From positions 27,801 through 91,800 of the IMG/VR virus record IMGVR_UViG_3300021964_007369: DNA of 64,000 nt; one strand, 5' to 3'. The notes beneath the pieces were generated by a model. That model searched no databases, was not told the DNA's origin, and saw only the letters and a program-made list of their open reading frames with translations. Source of the DNA: a virus. Shown here in pieces: positions 10,128 through 20,176 of this stretch; positions within the stretch are counted from its first letter, which is position 1; each line of letters begins with the position of its first letter. A program made the translations under genes and the position numbers.

Positions 10128-11195
10128 TTATTTAAACTGTTCTGCAAAGGGATCGAACTCGGCGCCGCATTTCATTGCACACACTTTAAGTTTACCATCA
10201 CTGCAACTAGGCTTTGCCCAACTTTCTTGTATACGATCAAATATACCTGTGTTAAAAACTTTTCCTAATCCGTTTCGGGCATCGAGTACACTTTTATCAG
10301 GAATAAAATCCCATATTTGCTCTACTTTAGGATCTTTATGCCACCATTTGTACATACGTCCAGCTGTCCAACAACAAGGTAATGCTAGTCCTTCTGCTGT
10401 GATGAACAAACTGTTTTCTTTTTTAACTTTACAAATGATAGGAGCCGCATCATAATATGCATCCATACTACCGTATTTCTTGAGGATAGTTTCTTGCTTG
10501 GTAAGTGCTTTGTTTTGGTACTTTGTGTCTGGCTTTTTGAGCTCTGCTGTATCTTTGCCTTTGCGGTCTTTGGCTTGGTGCTTTTCTTTCTTGTTTGAAT
10601 TTGTGTCAATAAATCTTCCCGTCTTCTTTTTCATAAATTTTTCGCACCCCCATTTGTTAGCAAGTGCTTCTGCTTCTTCAACTTGGTGTTGATTATGTTC
10701 AAATATTAAATAATCCCAACGTGCTCTACCTCCTGCATTTATAAATGCTTGCATGTTGCGTTCTACGTTGTCCCAAACAACACCTTGACGATATATATGG
10801 TTAGTATCGCGTAAACCATCAACGCTAAAAATAACAGCCCCCATGCGACCAAAAGTTGTCGCCAAGTCGCTCCACCATTCTTCATTCTTTGCGCCTCCAT
10901 TTGTATTCATGCTTAACCACATATTAGGATTGTGTTGTCTAAAGTATTTGAATATTTCTAATGTGTCTCGAGCAACAATAGGATCACCTAAGTTACCACA
11001 CATATACATTGTATCTAATTGCTTAATGAATTCAGGAGTGAATATGCGTTGGCAATCGTTAAGAGATAATTCATCTAAATTAATATGAGGATTAATTCCT
11101 TCGCCGTTCATATTACGATCACACATAGGACAACTTGCTTGACAGTTTTGTGTTACTTCAAGATGAATTGTTTTTATATCATTATACTGATACAT
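10128..11195 (-). CDS. Radical SAM protein with C-terminal twitch-like domain
   Basis: CQASCPMC; CGNLGDP in place of GGEP; C-terminal C..LPCC..CAMKC. Confidence 0.88.
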   Translation of the reverse strand: MYQYNDIKTIHLEVTQNCQASCPMCDRNMNGEGINPHINLDELSLNDCQRIFTPEFIKQLDTMYMCGNLGDPIVARDTLEIFKYFRQHNPNMWLSMNTNGGAKNEEWWSDLATTFGRMGAVIFSVDGLRDTNHIYRQGVVWDNVERNMQAFINAGGRARWDYLIFEHNQHQVEEAEALANKWGCEKFMKKKTGRFIDTNSNKKEKHQAKDRKGKDTAELKKPDTKYQNKALTKQETILKKYGSMDAYYDAAPIICKVKKENSLFITAEGLALPCCWTAGRMYKWWHKDPKVEQIWDFIPDKSVLDARNGLGKVFNTGIFDRIQESWAKPSCSDGKLKVCAMKCGAEFDPFAEQFK

Positions 11196-11673
11196 TGAGC
11201 TCTCCTAATCTTTTGTTCACTAACCAAGCAACTGTCTGTAAATTATTAAAATATTTCCATGGCATAAAATCTGGAGTAACTGAAAAACTATCTGCATCAA
11301 TTAGCATTACTTTATTTTGTTTTGTTATAACAACATTATTTAATGATAGATCTCTATGCATAAAAAATTTGTCACTCCATCTATTTTTACTTAACTCTAA
11401 TGAATCTAAATAAATTTGATTATAAGTTGCATATATGTCTATATAAGTTTGTCTCGAAAATCTATGATGCTGTGTTAATGCATTTTCTACATCGCACAGT
11501 ATATCAAGTTTTTCTGTAGTATACTGTGTAGGACTTATCCAAGATATTACCTTCATAAAATGATCTTTATGACTTGACAATTCTCTATACAAATTAAAGT
11601 CTGATAAACTCCATTCATTTTTGTACAATGTTTTTCTTATACAGTTGTCTTCTATCTCAATCTTAGCTTCCAT
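11182..11673 (-). CDS. Small protein-kinase-like (PKL fold) phosphotransferase
   Basis: Catalytic loop HRDLSLNN followed by LIDAD (DFG-like); N-lobe IRK. Confidence 0.6.
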   Translation of the reverse strand: MEAKIEIEDNCIRKTLYKNEWSLSDFNLYRELSSHKDHFMKVISWISPTQYTTEKLDILCDVENALTQHHRFSRQTYIDIYATYNQIYLDSLELSKNRWSDKFFMHRDLSLNNVVITKQNKVMLIDADSFSVTPDFMPWKYFNNLQTVAWLVNKRLGELNVSV

Positions 11674-11890
11674 CTAGAACCATCTTTACATCTTTGCCGG
11701 GGCCAACACGACTGGGCAGATCACCGTATTCTTTTACATACCAATCAATTACTGCAACATACCAATTTTCACTGTTATGATGAGCTTGTTTGTTAAACTG
11801 CCAAATATTATTGTTAGTGGCTTGCATTGTACTTAACGCTCTAGCACTTTCGGTTTGCAGTTCTCTGAGTGTTAGTTTCTTTTTTTCCAT
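11663..11890 (-). CDS. Hypothetical 75-aa protein
   Basis: Fills the gap and overlaps both neighbours in the operon. Confidence 0.65.
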   Translation of the reverse strand: MEKKKLTLRELQTESARALSTMQATNNNIWQFNKQAHHNSENWYVAVIDWYVKEYGDLPSRVGPGKDVKMVLDGS

Positions 11891-12630
11891 ATCTTATTGT
11901 ATATCCTTTTGGCAAGATCATCATGATAACCTTTAATAATATGATTACATGCTGTATGAACTTTTTCATTTGGGTTATAATTAGGTGTTAAAGACATTAT
12001 ACTAGGATAAACTATATCTTTAATATATTTAAAATCATCGGCAGGATCAACTCCTTTTGTAAACCAAGCAGGAGTCTCTACTAGAATATAATCTACGTTA
12101 GGAATACTATCCATAATTTTAATTAATCCTAGAAAAGGTAACACTCCAATTATTTCTAATTCTAAATTACTAAACTTCTCTGCGTAGTCGGATAGTACTA
12201 ATTTTTTAGTTTTTGTATATTCGTTTGTACTACTAACCATATTCCATAGTAGGGTATTGTTTGGGTCATTTGGATAAAACAATCTCTGCGGATTGGTCAA
12301 CCCTATGACTGCTAAAATTTTTTCACGTTGTTTACTTAATTGTATTAAATCTTTAGTAGAATCAAGGGCAATGTTTGCTAAGCCGGCTCCGCCGAGGGCA
12401 TTATTAATTACTGGAACGTTTGCAAAGCGTCCAAGTGTAGTAGGGTATGAATTCTTTCTTTCTTCTGACTTCCAATCTTCTTTACTTTTATTTTTTCTTT
12501 TTTCGTTTGTTAACCTACACTTTTCAGTAACTTCGTCAGCTGATAAAGGACCCGTAGGATTATAAAGATGCTGAGCTAATCCAGATCCAGCAGTATAACT
12601 ATCTCCATTAGCGTATATTAGATCATACAT
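11872..12630 (-). CDS. SGNH hydrolase/acyltransferase-like protein
   Basis: Block I NGDSYTAG, block II NALGGAG, C-terminal His (CNHI). Confidence 0.65.
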   Translation of the reverse strand: MYDLIYANGDSYTAGSGLAQHLYNPTGPLSADEVTEKCRLTNEKRKNKSKEDWKSEERKNSYPTTLGRFANVPVINNALGGAGLANIALDSTKDLIQLSKQREKILAVIGLTNPQRLFYPNDPNNTLLWNMVSSTNEYTKTKKLVLSDYAEKFSNLELEIIGVLPFLGLIKIMDSIPNVDYILVETPAWFTKGVDPADDFKYIKDIVYPSIMSLTPNYNPNEKVHTACNHIIKGYHDDLAKRIYNKIWKKRN

Positions 12631-13465
12631 AACCAATCCTCATAAATCTTGTATATTTTTCTAAAGGCAATTTTCCTTCATACAATACTGTTGTAAGAGG
12701 TGCTTGGCTTGCAAATTCATCTAAATCATTTACGCAATTAACATGCTCATCTATTTCAAAAAAGTTATTACTTTGTAACACAACTAATTTACCTTTTGGT
12801 ATTTTTGTAAACCATTCTGTAAAATTTTCTATATGTTCACAACTTGTATTAATAATTGTATCAGGCTTATCTGTTATAGGATAACTCATCCTATTATTGG
12901 CATTGCTCCAATACTGCCAAGTATGTGTATCGTAACTAATATCGTGTATATCTGATACTAACGCTTTAAATTTCCATTGGTCAACAAACCAAGGCTTGTT
13001 AAAAACTTCTGCAATATTAACTGTTGATTCGTCAATATCAAAACTACGTATTTTGTTTATACGAAGATTACTTTCAAATAACATAGTAGCTAGAGTAGCG
13101 TACCAACCTGCACATAAAAATACTGTTCCTATATCAGGAGTAACTTTTCTAAGTTCTTGTACTAGCCAAACCTTACTTTGTAGTTGGCCGCGGGCAAAAC
13201 AATCTTCATCAATAATAGTTTCGTTTATAGTAAAATTTTTAAAAGCTGAAGTAAACTGTGTCCCTACAAACTTATCTAATAGAGGCCATAACTTCCATTT
13301 ATTATCTTCCATTACTAGTTTGCGTAGATCATCTTTGTTATTATCTTGTACAATCCTAAAAATGCTACTGAGGTCTTTGTCAATATATGCTCTACGTAAA
13401 TCGCTTAGTGTACTCTTTGTAGGATATAATATTTCGTATCTATCTAGTAATTCATGTATTTGCAT
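12623..13465 (-). CDS. Class I SAM-dependent methyltransferase-like protein
   Basis: Motif I-like VFLCAGWY, acidic IRSFDID, DTIINTSCEH. Confidence 0.6.
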   Translation of the reverse strand: MQIHELLDRYEILYPTKSTLSDLRRAYIDKDLSSIFRIVQDNNKDDLRKLVMEDNKWKLWPLLDKFVGTQFTSAFKNFTINETIIDEDCFARGQLQSKVWLVQELRKVTPDIGTVFLCAGWYATLATMLFESNLRINKIRSFDIDESTVNIAEVFNKPWFVDQWKFKALVSDIHDISYDTHTWQYWSNANNRMSYPITDKPDTIINTSCEHIENFTEWFTKIPKGKLVVLQSNNFFEIDEHVNCVNDLDEFASQAPLTTVLYEGKLPLEKYTRFMRIGYV

Positions 13466-14471
13466 TAAATTGTTCCTTTAGCCATTCAAAGTCATTAATT
13501 TTTTTGATTGCATCAGTGTTGCCTTTGTTAGCAAGTCCATACTGTCTGCCAGCTCTTGCACCTTTGATAGCATATTCGCCAAACGGTGCTCCGTTGTTTT
13601 TCGTACACCATATTTCCAAACGCTCATTAGTTTCATCGTCTTTTTGTCTATCAATAACTTTACTTGCAAGTTTACAACATTCTCTAAATGCACTTTTCCA
13701 TGTAGCAAACTCATTTGAATTAAAACTTGTAATACACGACATTTGATCCACTGCTTTAAACTTATTACTAATACTAGTTGTCATATCTGCTGTATCAACA
13801 TTCATGTCAATAGTCTTTTGTGTTGGAAATAATTTAATGCCTCCATATCCGTACACTAGATCATTTATTGGATTTCGACTACGGAAAACATGTACTGCAT
13901 CTTTATTCCAACACTCTACTTGGTAATCAAAATTAAATTCATCTACTACAGTTGCATCGCCATCTACAATATAAAACATATCTGTAGTTGCTAGTTTGGC
14001 GGCTTCAATATGTGCTTGGTGTATTCCTTTTACATCTTCGACTCTTTTGCAGGGGAAACGTCCATTAAGTAATCTATAATTGTCGTCGGCTGTTGGTTCT
14101 TTATAACTTATCATCACTATGTCATACTTAGGTATGATAGGATTACTTGCAACTATATCTAATTGTTTTTTCTTAGCAAAGAATCTATAACTTAGTTCTT
14201 GTTTACTTGGAGTTGCATTATTCGGAAACAAACACATACCATCATAGTGTTTACCGTTTTTAAAGATATGCGTATACTCGGTACTATGCGAATCTACTGT
14301 ATAATTAAAATCATAGTCTACTCTTATGTCATCCCATATAGCATAAAAATATTTTGTTAAACATATTTCTTTTGCATGGTCAAAGTTCGTTGCTTTCTTT
14401 AGTACGGGAATTTGTTTTTTGTGTGCATTATAGTTCTTTGTATTGCTACCTACATATATGACGTCATACAT
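13452..14471 (-). CDS. GT-A fold (GT2-like) glycosyltransferase with degenerate N-terminal duplicate domain
   Basis: FYIVDGD DxD motif; YGYGGIKLFP; paralog of 17917-18840. Confidence 0.7.
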   Translation of the reverse strand: MYDVIYVGSNTKNYNAHKKQIPVLKKATNFDHAKEICLTKYFYAIWDDIRVDYDFNYTVDSHSTEYTHIFKNGKHYDGMCLFPNNATPSKQELSYRFFAKKKQLDIVASNPIIPKYDIVMISYKEPTADDNYRLLNGRFPCKRVEDVKGIHQAHIEAAKLATTDMFYIVDGDATVVDEFNFDYQVECWNKDAVHVFRSRNPINDLVYGYGGIKLFPTQKTIDMNVDTADMTTSISNKFKAVDQMSCITSFNSNEFATWKSAFRECCKLASKVIDRQKDDETNERLEIWCTKNNGAPFGEYAIKGARAGRQYGLANKGNTDAIKKINDFEWLKEQFNANT

Positions 14472-15193
14472 TCGTACACCTCCTTTGCAAAAATTTCGTG
14501 CATTTGTTCAGTTGGATGTGACCCTGGTAATCTTGTATGCATTTTATTACTATAATCTAGTAACGTTTGACCAAAGTTTACTTTTACATCAAGTAAATTA
14601 TATAATTCGCAATCACGATTCTTTGTAGGGTCAATAGAAAAATGACACATTCCTGAATCTATTATTAACACAGGAATGTTTCTTGATGCTAATAAATTTT
14701 TTGTTCCAGTAATTACATTATATGTACGCCATAGGTTGTCGTAATCATTTGGCTCTGCTAACAAATTTGTTAACCAACTAGGACGTTGAGGGAGAAAACT
14801 TCTAAAATTATATTCAGTATGTTCACTGTGCATTGCATGACCAAATCTTGCAGGGTGTGTCAACATAATTATTACTAGATCGGGCTTACGGAAATTTCTT
14901 GATATTTGTTTGAGAACACGCCAACATATTTCTTCGTTACTAATTCCGCCCATAGAAACATTTTGTACTTCAAAATACGGATCTAATTTTTGTAACTTGG
15001 CAGGCCAAGCACGATCTCGTTGTCCGTTGAGTACTTCTTTGTATTTTGGTTTGTCATGATTCCACAAATTTGCTAATTGTTTCTGATGTTGTTCATGCAG
15101 GTTTTTGTTTACATCGCTTTCAAGATACCCTGGTACAAGTTCTACCAACTCATCACCTGCCGTAAAACTACAACCTGAAGTTATGATTTCCAT
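14450..15193 (-). CDS. SGNH hydrolase/acyltransferase-like protein
   Basis: SGCSFTAG, NVSMGGISN, C-terminal SHPTEQMH. Confidence 0.65.
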   Translation of the reverse strand: MEIITSGCSFTAGDELVELVPGYLESDVNKNLHEQHQKQLANLWNHDKPKYKEVLNGQRDRAWPAKLQKLDPYFEVQNVSMGGISNEEICWRVLKQISRNFRKPDLVIIMLTHPARFGHAMHSEHTEYNFRSFLPQRPSWLTNLLAEPNDYDNLWRTYNVITGTKNLLASRNIPVLIIDSGMCHFSIDPTKNRDCELYNLLDVKVNFGQTLLDYSNKMHTRLPGSHPTEQMHEIFAKEVYECMTSYM

Positions 15194-16536
15194 GAGTCGT
15201 AAACTCCTTTACAATAGTCATAAAACGCAGTATATTCAGGAAACGTGTTTAATAAGTTAGTTCCAATACGTTTATCATTTTCTGTAAAGAAACTATAAAA
15301 GTCTCTTTGTCCTTGTTTAATTTTTTGCGGATCAACAGGATTTTGATACATATAATCACGTACACGTTGCATCTTTGCAATTTCAACACTAGTAAAATAG
15401 TCTTTGTTGTTACTCATGTACTCTAAGTGTTCATCCATAAACTTGTTAAACATTTGAGGTAATATATTGATCATCCAATGCGGCGGCTCTTTTAGATATG
15501 GCGTATCAAATGCAAGTGCTTCTTTTCCGTATATCTTGCGCCAATGCATAACACGTTGTAAAAAGTTTTGGAATGTTGCTACACATAATACGTTAAATGT
15601 ACACATGATGTTAACTTTGAATCCACGCTTAATTGCTTCTTCAAAGTTTCTCTCCCAATGATCACATTTTAATCCTGTACGCATATACTCTGCTTGTTCT
15701 CCCCAACCTTCAATACTTGTAAACAAACTAAACTTTCGTATCTTCTTTTGATCTAATAAACTTTGTACTCTATCATACATCCTGTCCATTTTTGCAGTAG
15801 TAACACCTAAGTTACTATTAATGCTAATTTCTAATTGTGGTGCTGGTTCTTTTTCTAATAAGTCAAAGAACTGCATTGCACCGGGATTCATTAGAGGCTC
15901 GCCTCCTGTAATTCTAAGTGTGTGTAGATCTTTACGTAGATCAGGCCACCATTTCCAAAATGCCTCAATATAAGGATTTTCATCCTTGGGTGCGTAGTAA
16001 CGTCCGTTATCTAAAAATTCTGTGCCGTATTGATTATATGTTAAATCATAATTGCCATGTTTCTTAATCTCATCCATCCACTTTGTACTTGCTTGGGGAC
16101 AACAGTATCCACAACGATAATTACACCCGTTACCAAAACTAACTTCTAAATAACGTGGATTTACATTTTCTAACCAATGCTTTTTTGATATCTCTTCAAT
16201 CTCTGGTTCAGACCAATCACTTGCACTGTGTATCATCCTATCTGATATTTGATCTCCTTCAAGGTCTTCAATGTTCCAGCAATAGTAACATTCTTCAGGA
16301 CGCTCACCTTCTAACATTTTTTTACGCTGTTGTTTTTTCCATGCTGTATTGTGTAAAGCACTTGGATCAGCTTTTATTTCAGCTAGAGGTATATGCTGTG
16401 GACGTGGATGATAGCAACTATGATTATCACCTGTGTGCAAATACAATGTTTCATGAAGCCACTTCATTGTGCAAAATCCTTTGCCAATTTTGTTTAATCT
16501 ATCACGTACATCTTTAATATCGTCAACTCTACTCAT
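15181..16536 (-). CDS. Radical SAM protein, N-terminal twitch-like domain (SCYHP subtype)
   Basis: FCTMKW..HSCYHP..CYYC; CNYRCGYC; TGGEP. Confidence 0.9.
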   Translation of the reverse strand: MSRVDDIKDVRDRLNKIGKGFCTMKWLHETLYLHTGDNHSCYHPRPQHIPLAEIKADPSALHNTAWKKQQRKKMLEGERPEECYYCWNIEDLEGDQISDRMIHSASDWSEPEIEEISKKHWLENVNPRYLEVSFGNGCNYRCGYCCPQASTKWMDEIKKHGNYDLTYNQYGTEFLDNGRYYAPKDENPYIEAFWKWWPDLRKDLHTLRITGGEPLMNPGAMQFFDLLEKEPAPQLEISINSNLGVTTAKMDRMYDRVQSLLDQKKIRKFSLFTSIEGWGEQAEYMRTGLKCDHWERNFEEAIKRGFKVNIMCTFNVLCVATFQNFLQRVMHWRKIYGKEALAFDTPYLKEPPHWMINILPQMFNKFMDEHLEYMSNNKDYFTSVEIAKMQRVRDYMYQNPVDPQKIKQGQRDFYSFFTENDKRIGTNLLNTFPEYTAFYDYCKGVYDSWKS

Positions 16537-17920
16537 AATAATCCTTTAATGACGGGAACACATCTACAAAATTTGTATTTCTACGTTTGTCATGTTGTTG
16601 AAAGAATAACTTAAAATTCTTTTTTGCTGTTTCTCTGTCAAAGCCTGTATCAGCCTTAATCCAGTTTATTAGTCTTTTAACTTTGTTTATTTCAAAATCA
16701 CTAAATCCTTGGAATTCATTTTTATCACCGTCCTTATTATATTCCATATATTCTACACATTGTTCTAACTGTATAACACGTTCGGGCATTAGCTTAGGAT
16801 TCATATAATCAGGATTTGTTAATTGTGGAATATCAAACCATATCATTTGTCTTTGTTTGCTGTACTGTGTTCGTAACTTGTGTATTTGTTGCATATAATT
16901 AAATATCCCATTATAGCTAAGTGTATTGAATGTTATGATAAATGTTAAACTGTGTTTATCACATTGCTCTAAATATTGTACAACATTTTTATAAAATACA
17001 TCAAAGTCTAAACCGTTACGAATATATTCCGCTTGTTTGCCCCAACTGTCTAAACTTGCAAACAACATAAAATGATCTAGGTTAGGTGTAAGTGTTTGCA
17101 TACTATTAATAAACTTTTGCCATTGTCCTTTAGGAGGGCAACAGTTACTTGTAATACTCATATGCAAATCTTCTTTAGGATTTTCTTTTACATAATCAAA
17201 CATTTTAAAAGTATTTTTATCCATCAACGGTTCGCCACCGGTCATTCTAAATGTTTGAAGTGTAGGATAAATTTCTGGTAACCATTTCCAAAATGCATTT
17301 AAGTACATGTTGTCAGGACTGTTATCTACCTTTTCCATATACTGCATATCATTATGCTTGCGATTATGTAAATTGTACGGTCCTTCTTTTTTAATTTCTT
17401 TCATCCATTCTGTACTCAATATAGGAGAACAATATGAACACTTAAAATTACATGCTTGGTTAAAATTAACTTCTACATATCTTGGGCGGGCGTTGCCATC
17501 CATACCTAATTGCTTTGCTTCTTCTATAAGACCTGGTTCGTATACATCTTTACTTCTATATGCTCTATCACTTAGTTGTGAACCACTGTCTTCAGTTTGC
17601 CAACAGAATTCACACTCAGGTGGGCGTATTCCGTTAAGCATCATACCACGCTGTTCTTTTTTATGCTTGGTATTATGTAAGGCGCTGTTATCATCTTCGA
17701 GCTCTGTTTTTGGAATGAGATGACTTTTGGGATGATAACAGCTATGTGTCTTTCCGGTCGGTATATGTATGCTTACATTAAACCATTTGGCTAGACAAAA
17801 ACTTGGGCTAACTTCATTAAGTTTTTCTAACACGACTTCAGCATCGTGCATATATCGACTTTCAAACTTGCCGTCGATTTTTCTTAATTCATTACCTTTT
17901 ATGTTTCTATTATATTTCAT
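16529..17920 (-). CDS. Radical SAM protein, N-terminal twitch-like domain (SCYHP subtype)
   Basis: FCLAKW..HSCYHP..CEFC; CNFKCSYC; TGGEP. Confidence 0.9.
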   Translation of the reverse strand: MKYNRNIKGNELRKIDGKFESRYMHDAEVVLEKLNEVSPSFCLAKWFNVSIHIPTGKTHSCYHPKSHLIPKTELEDDNSALHNTKHKKEQRGMMLNGIRPPECEFCWQTEDSGSQLSDRAYRSKDVYEPGLIEEAKQLGMDGNARPRYVEVNFNQACNFKCSYCSPILSTEWMKEIKKEGPYNLHNRKHNDMQYMEKVDNSPDNMYLNAFWKWLPEIYPTLQTFRMTGGEPLMDKNTFKMFDYVKENPKEDLHMSITSNCCPPKGQWQKFINSMQTLTPNLDHFMLFASLDSWGKQAEYIRNGLDFDVFYKNVVQYLEQCDKHSLTFIITFNTLSYNGIFNYMQQIHKLRTQYSKQRQMIWFDIPQLTNPDYMNPKLMPERVIQLEQCVEYMEYNKDGDKNEFQGFSDFEINKVKRLINWIKADTGFDRETAKKNFKLFFQQHDKRRNTNFVDVFPSLKDYYE

Positions 17921-18840
17921 TCAATATCTATAAACTGCTGATTACTATTTCTACTAGGATTTTGATATACTGTTTTAAAGAAAGCACTTTGTTCTGGATC
18001 TAAAGGATCAGTTGCAATAGGAATATCTAATTCATGTTTAAGTGTTTCTCCTAGTCCCATAATTTCGTATGGCAACTTATCTTCAGTAATTCCACTATAA
18101 TTCTTTTTCCATATATCATTTAGGTATTCAAAGTCACGTACATTTACATAGTCCCAATCAGTACACATAGTTTTATACAATCCTTCTCTTGCTCCATAGA
18201 TTGCCCAATTACCATTTTCTACATCTGCACCTACCATTAACCAAATCCAAAGTCTATGCAAATTTTTCCAATGACCGTTTAAGAATTCTTGCTTGGTAGA
18301 TTTTACACCTCTGTCAAGTGCCATCTTAACTCCTTCACGGAATCCAGCACGCCAGGCTTGTTGTGGAGTATAATTATTCCACACATCAGAATAGCAACTA
18401 TTTTGTTGTATATACTTTAAGTCCCAACAAAAGTCTACCTGTGCATGTGGATTATCCGGATCAGCATTCTCGTGTGTTTTCATATTAAGTACAAACTCTT
18501 TAGGCCAACATTTAAGTCCACCGTTGCCGTATAACAATCCGTTAATTACATTCTTGCCACACCAACTAATAACACAATTTTCTAAATCTGTATGTTCATC
18601 AAAGTCTATTTCTTGCTCTAAGAACTTTGGGTGTACTGTGTTATCGCCATCAACTGTAATAAATCTGCTTGTTTCACTTAGGTTAGCACAGGCTTTGTGT
18701 GCGGCGTCTGAGCCTTCTACACCGTGTACACGTTTTGCCCATGGTACTTTAGTAAGTAAATCTGCATAATTTTTTTCAGCATTAGGTTCATCATAACTTA
18801 AATAGATGATATCACAGTCAATAACTTTAAATTTGTTCAT
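17917..18840 (-). CDS. GT-A fold (GT2-like) glycosyltransferase
   Basis: LSYDEP..KRVHGVEG..AH..FITVDGD; YGNGGLKCWP; AWRAGFRE. Confidence 0.7.
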   Translation of the reverse strand: MNKFKVIDCDIIYLSYDEPNAEKNYADLLTKVPWAKRVHGVEGSDAAHKACANLSETSRFITVDGDNTVHPKFLEQEIDFDEHTDLENCVISWCGKNVINGLLYGNGGLKCWPKEFVLNMKTHENADPDNPHAQVDFCWDLKYIQQNSCYSDVWNNYTPQQAWRAGFREGVKMALDRGVKSTKQEFLNGHWKNLHRLWIWLMVGADVENGNWAIYGAREGLYKTMCTDWDYVNVRDFEYLNDIWKKNYSGITEDKLPYEIMGLGETLKHELDIPIATDPLDPEQSAFFKTVYQNPSRNSNQQFIDIE

Positions 18841-19361
18841 GTTAGGTCCTTGTAATTATATTTTGCAAATTGGCGTTTTGTATAGATACTAAAGTTCTTA
18901 CTACTATCGAATAAGCAAGAATTATCTTTTCGTAAATCAACTCTAAATAAATGATATAATATGTGAGGATTATCTTTAGCTGTAATGCTAAAACTTGTTT
19001 CACTGTCTAGGCTTGTTGTATCTAATATTTTTTTAATTCTGTCATTTATATTAATTTTAAGTTTATCACCGTCATAGGTTATTTCAATATCTGCATCATC
19101 TATTCCGGATTCAATTTTTGTATATCCTTGATATGTTTGTAGTATTTCTGCTTCATGCTTTAGTTCAAACTTTGAGTCTATCGTATTAAACACAACTCTA
19201 TAATCTGCTTTATTATCTTTGAAGTTTAAAATTCTTTCAACAGATGAAAAATCAACTTCAATATTATCATATCCTTCTGCTTTACTTGGTCCTACAGAAT
19301 AAATTTTTCCAGTTGCAATTTCAAAATTCACAATCATTTGTGGAGTACAATCTATATTCAT
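18837..19361 (-). CDS. Hypothetical protein
   Basis: 174-aa ORF with ATGA-type overlaps on both sides. Confidence 0.7.
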   Translation of the reverse strand: MNIDCTPQMIVNFEIATGKIYSVGPSKAEGYDNIEVDFSSVERILNFKDNKADYRVVFNTIDSKFELKHEAEILQTYQGYTKIESGIDDADIEITYDGDKLKININDRIKKILDTTSLDSETSFSITAKDNPHILYHLFRVDLRKDNSCLFDSSKNFSIYTKRQFAKYNYKDLT

Positions 19362-20176
19362 AACACTTTACTTTCGTATTTTTTAATTAAACTTTCTGTA
19401 ACAAAATGATTTTCTGTATAATGAAATATACCTTCTTGAATAAAATTACCAATTATAAGTTTTACATCATCTGTAATTGTATAAGATACTCTGTCCTGCC
19501 AAGTAGAAGATTCGTTGCGCCAATCCTGGGCTCTTGATTTCATATGTGTAAATGTAGGCAAATTAATTTTAGGATTAGTAACTTGTTCTTCGATGTCCAT
19601 TGCTTTGATAGCAATGCTTGCAGTTACATCCATACTTGCATTTTTAGGATATTTTTTAGGAACATATTTTCCATAAAATAATTCTCTGTTGTTAATGATT
19701 AATTCTAAAAATTTATAAAATTCTAATGCTAAATTAGATTTTTTAAAATAATGATATCCAAAGTAAACGTTAGGTAAGTTGTTTACAGTAAATGCTTCTC
19801 TATAATAATCACTAGTTACTATATTATTTCTATATGTATGTACTTTGTTTGTAAAGAACAGTTCATAATTTTCAAGTAATTTCCAATAATGGCTTACATC
19901 TGTAAGAAATAACATATCGCTATCTAATATAACAGTTTCTTCATACGGTGATATATGATATAGTTTCCATCTATGTTCTACAGCATAACGTTGCTCTTCG
20001 ATCCAAGGTATATCTATAATATTATCAAATAGGCTTTTGTATTTTTCTGGCACTGGCGTGTCTGTTGCAATACTTACGCTATCAATTTGTTGTGTGTGCT
20101 TTATACTCATTGCACATAGACACGCTTGTATTACATATTCAGGTCCTGTAGCAAGTATTAGATATCCTTTACTCAT
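19358..20176 (-). CDS. GT-A fold glycosyltransferase (GT8/GT71-like)
   Basis: SPYEETVILDSD DxD motif, C-terminal FTHMK; paralog of 20169-21029. Confidence 0.7.
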   Translation of the reverse strand: MSKGYLILATGPEYVIQACLCAMSIKHTQQIDSVSIATDTPVPEKYKSLFDNIIDIPWIEEQRYAVEHRWKLYHISPYEETVILDSDMLFLTDVSHYWKLLENYELFFTNKVHTYRNNIVTSDYYREAFTVNNLPNVYFGYHYFKKSNLALEFYKFLELIINNRELFYGKYVPKKYPKNASMDVTASIAIKAMDIEEQVTNPKINLPTFTHMKSRAQDWRNESSTWQDRVSYTITDDVKLIIGNFIQEGIFHYTENHFVTESLIKKYESKVL

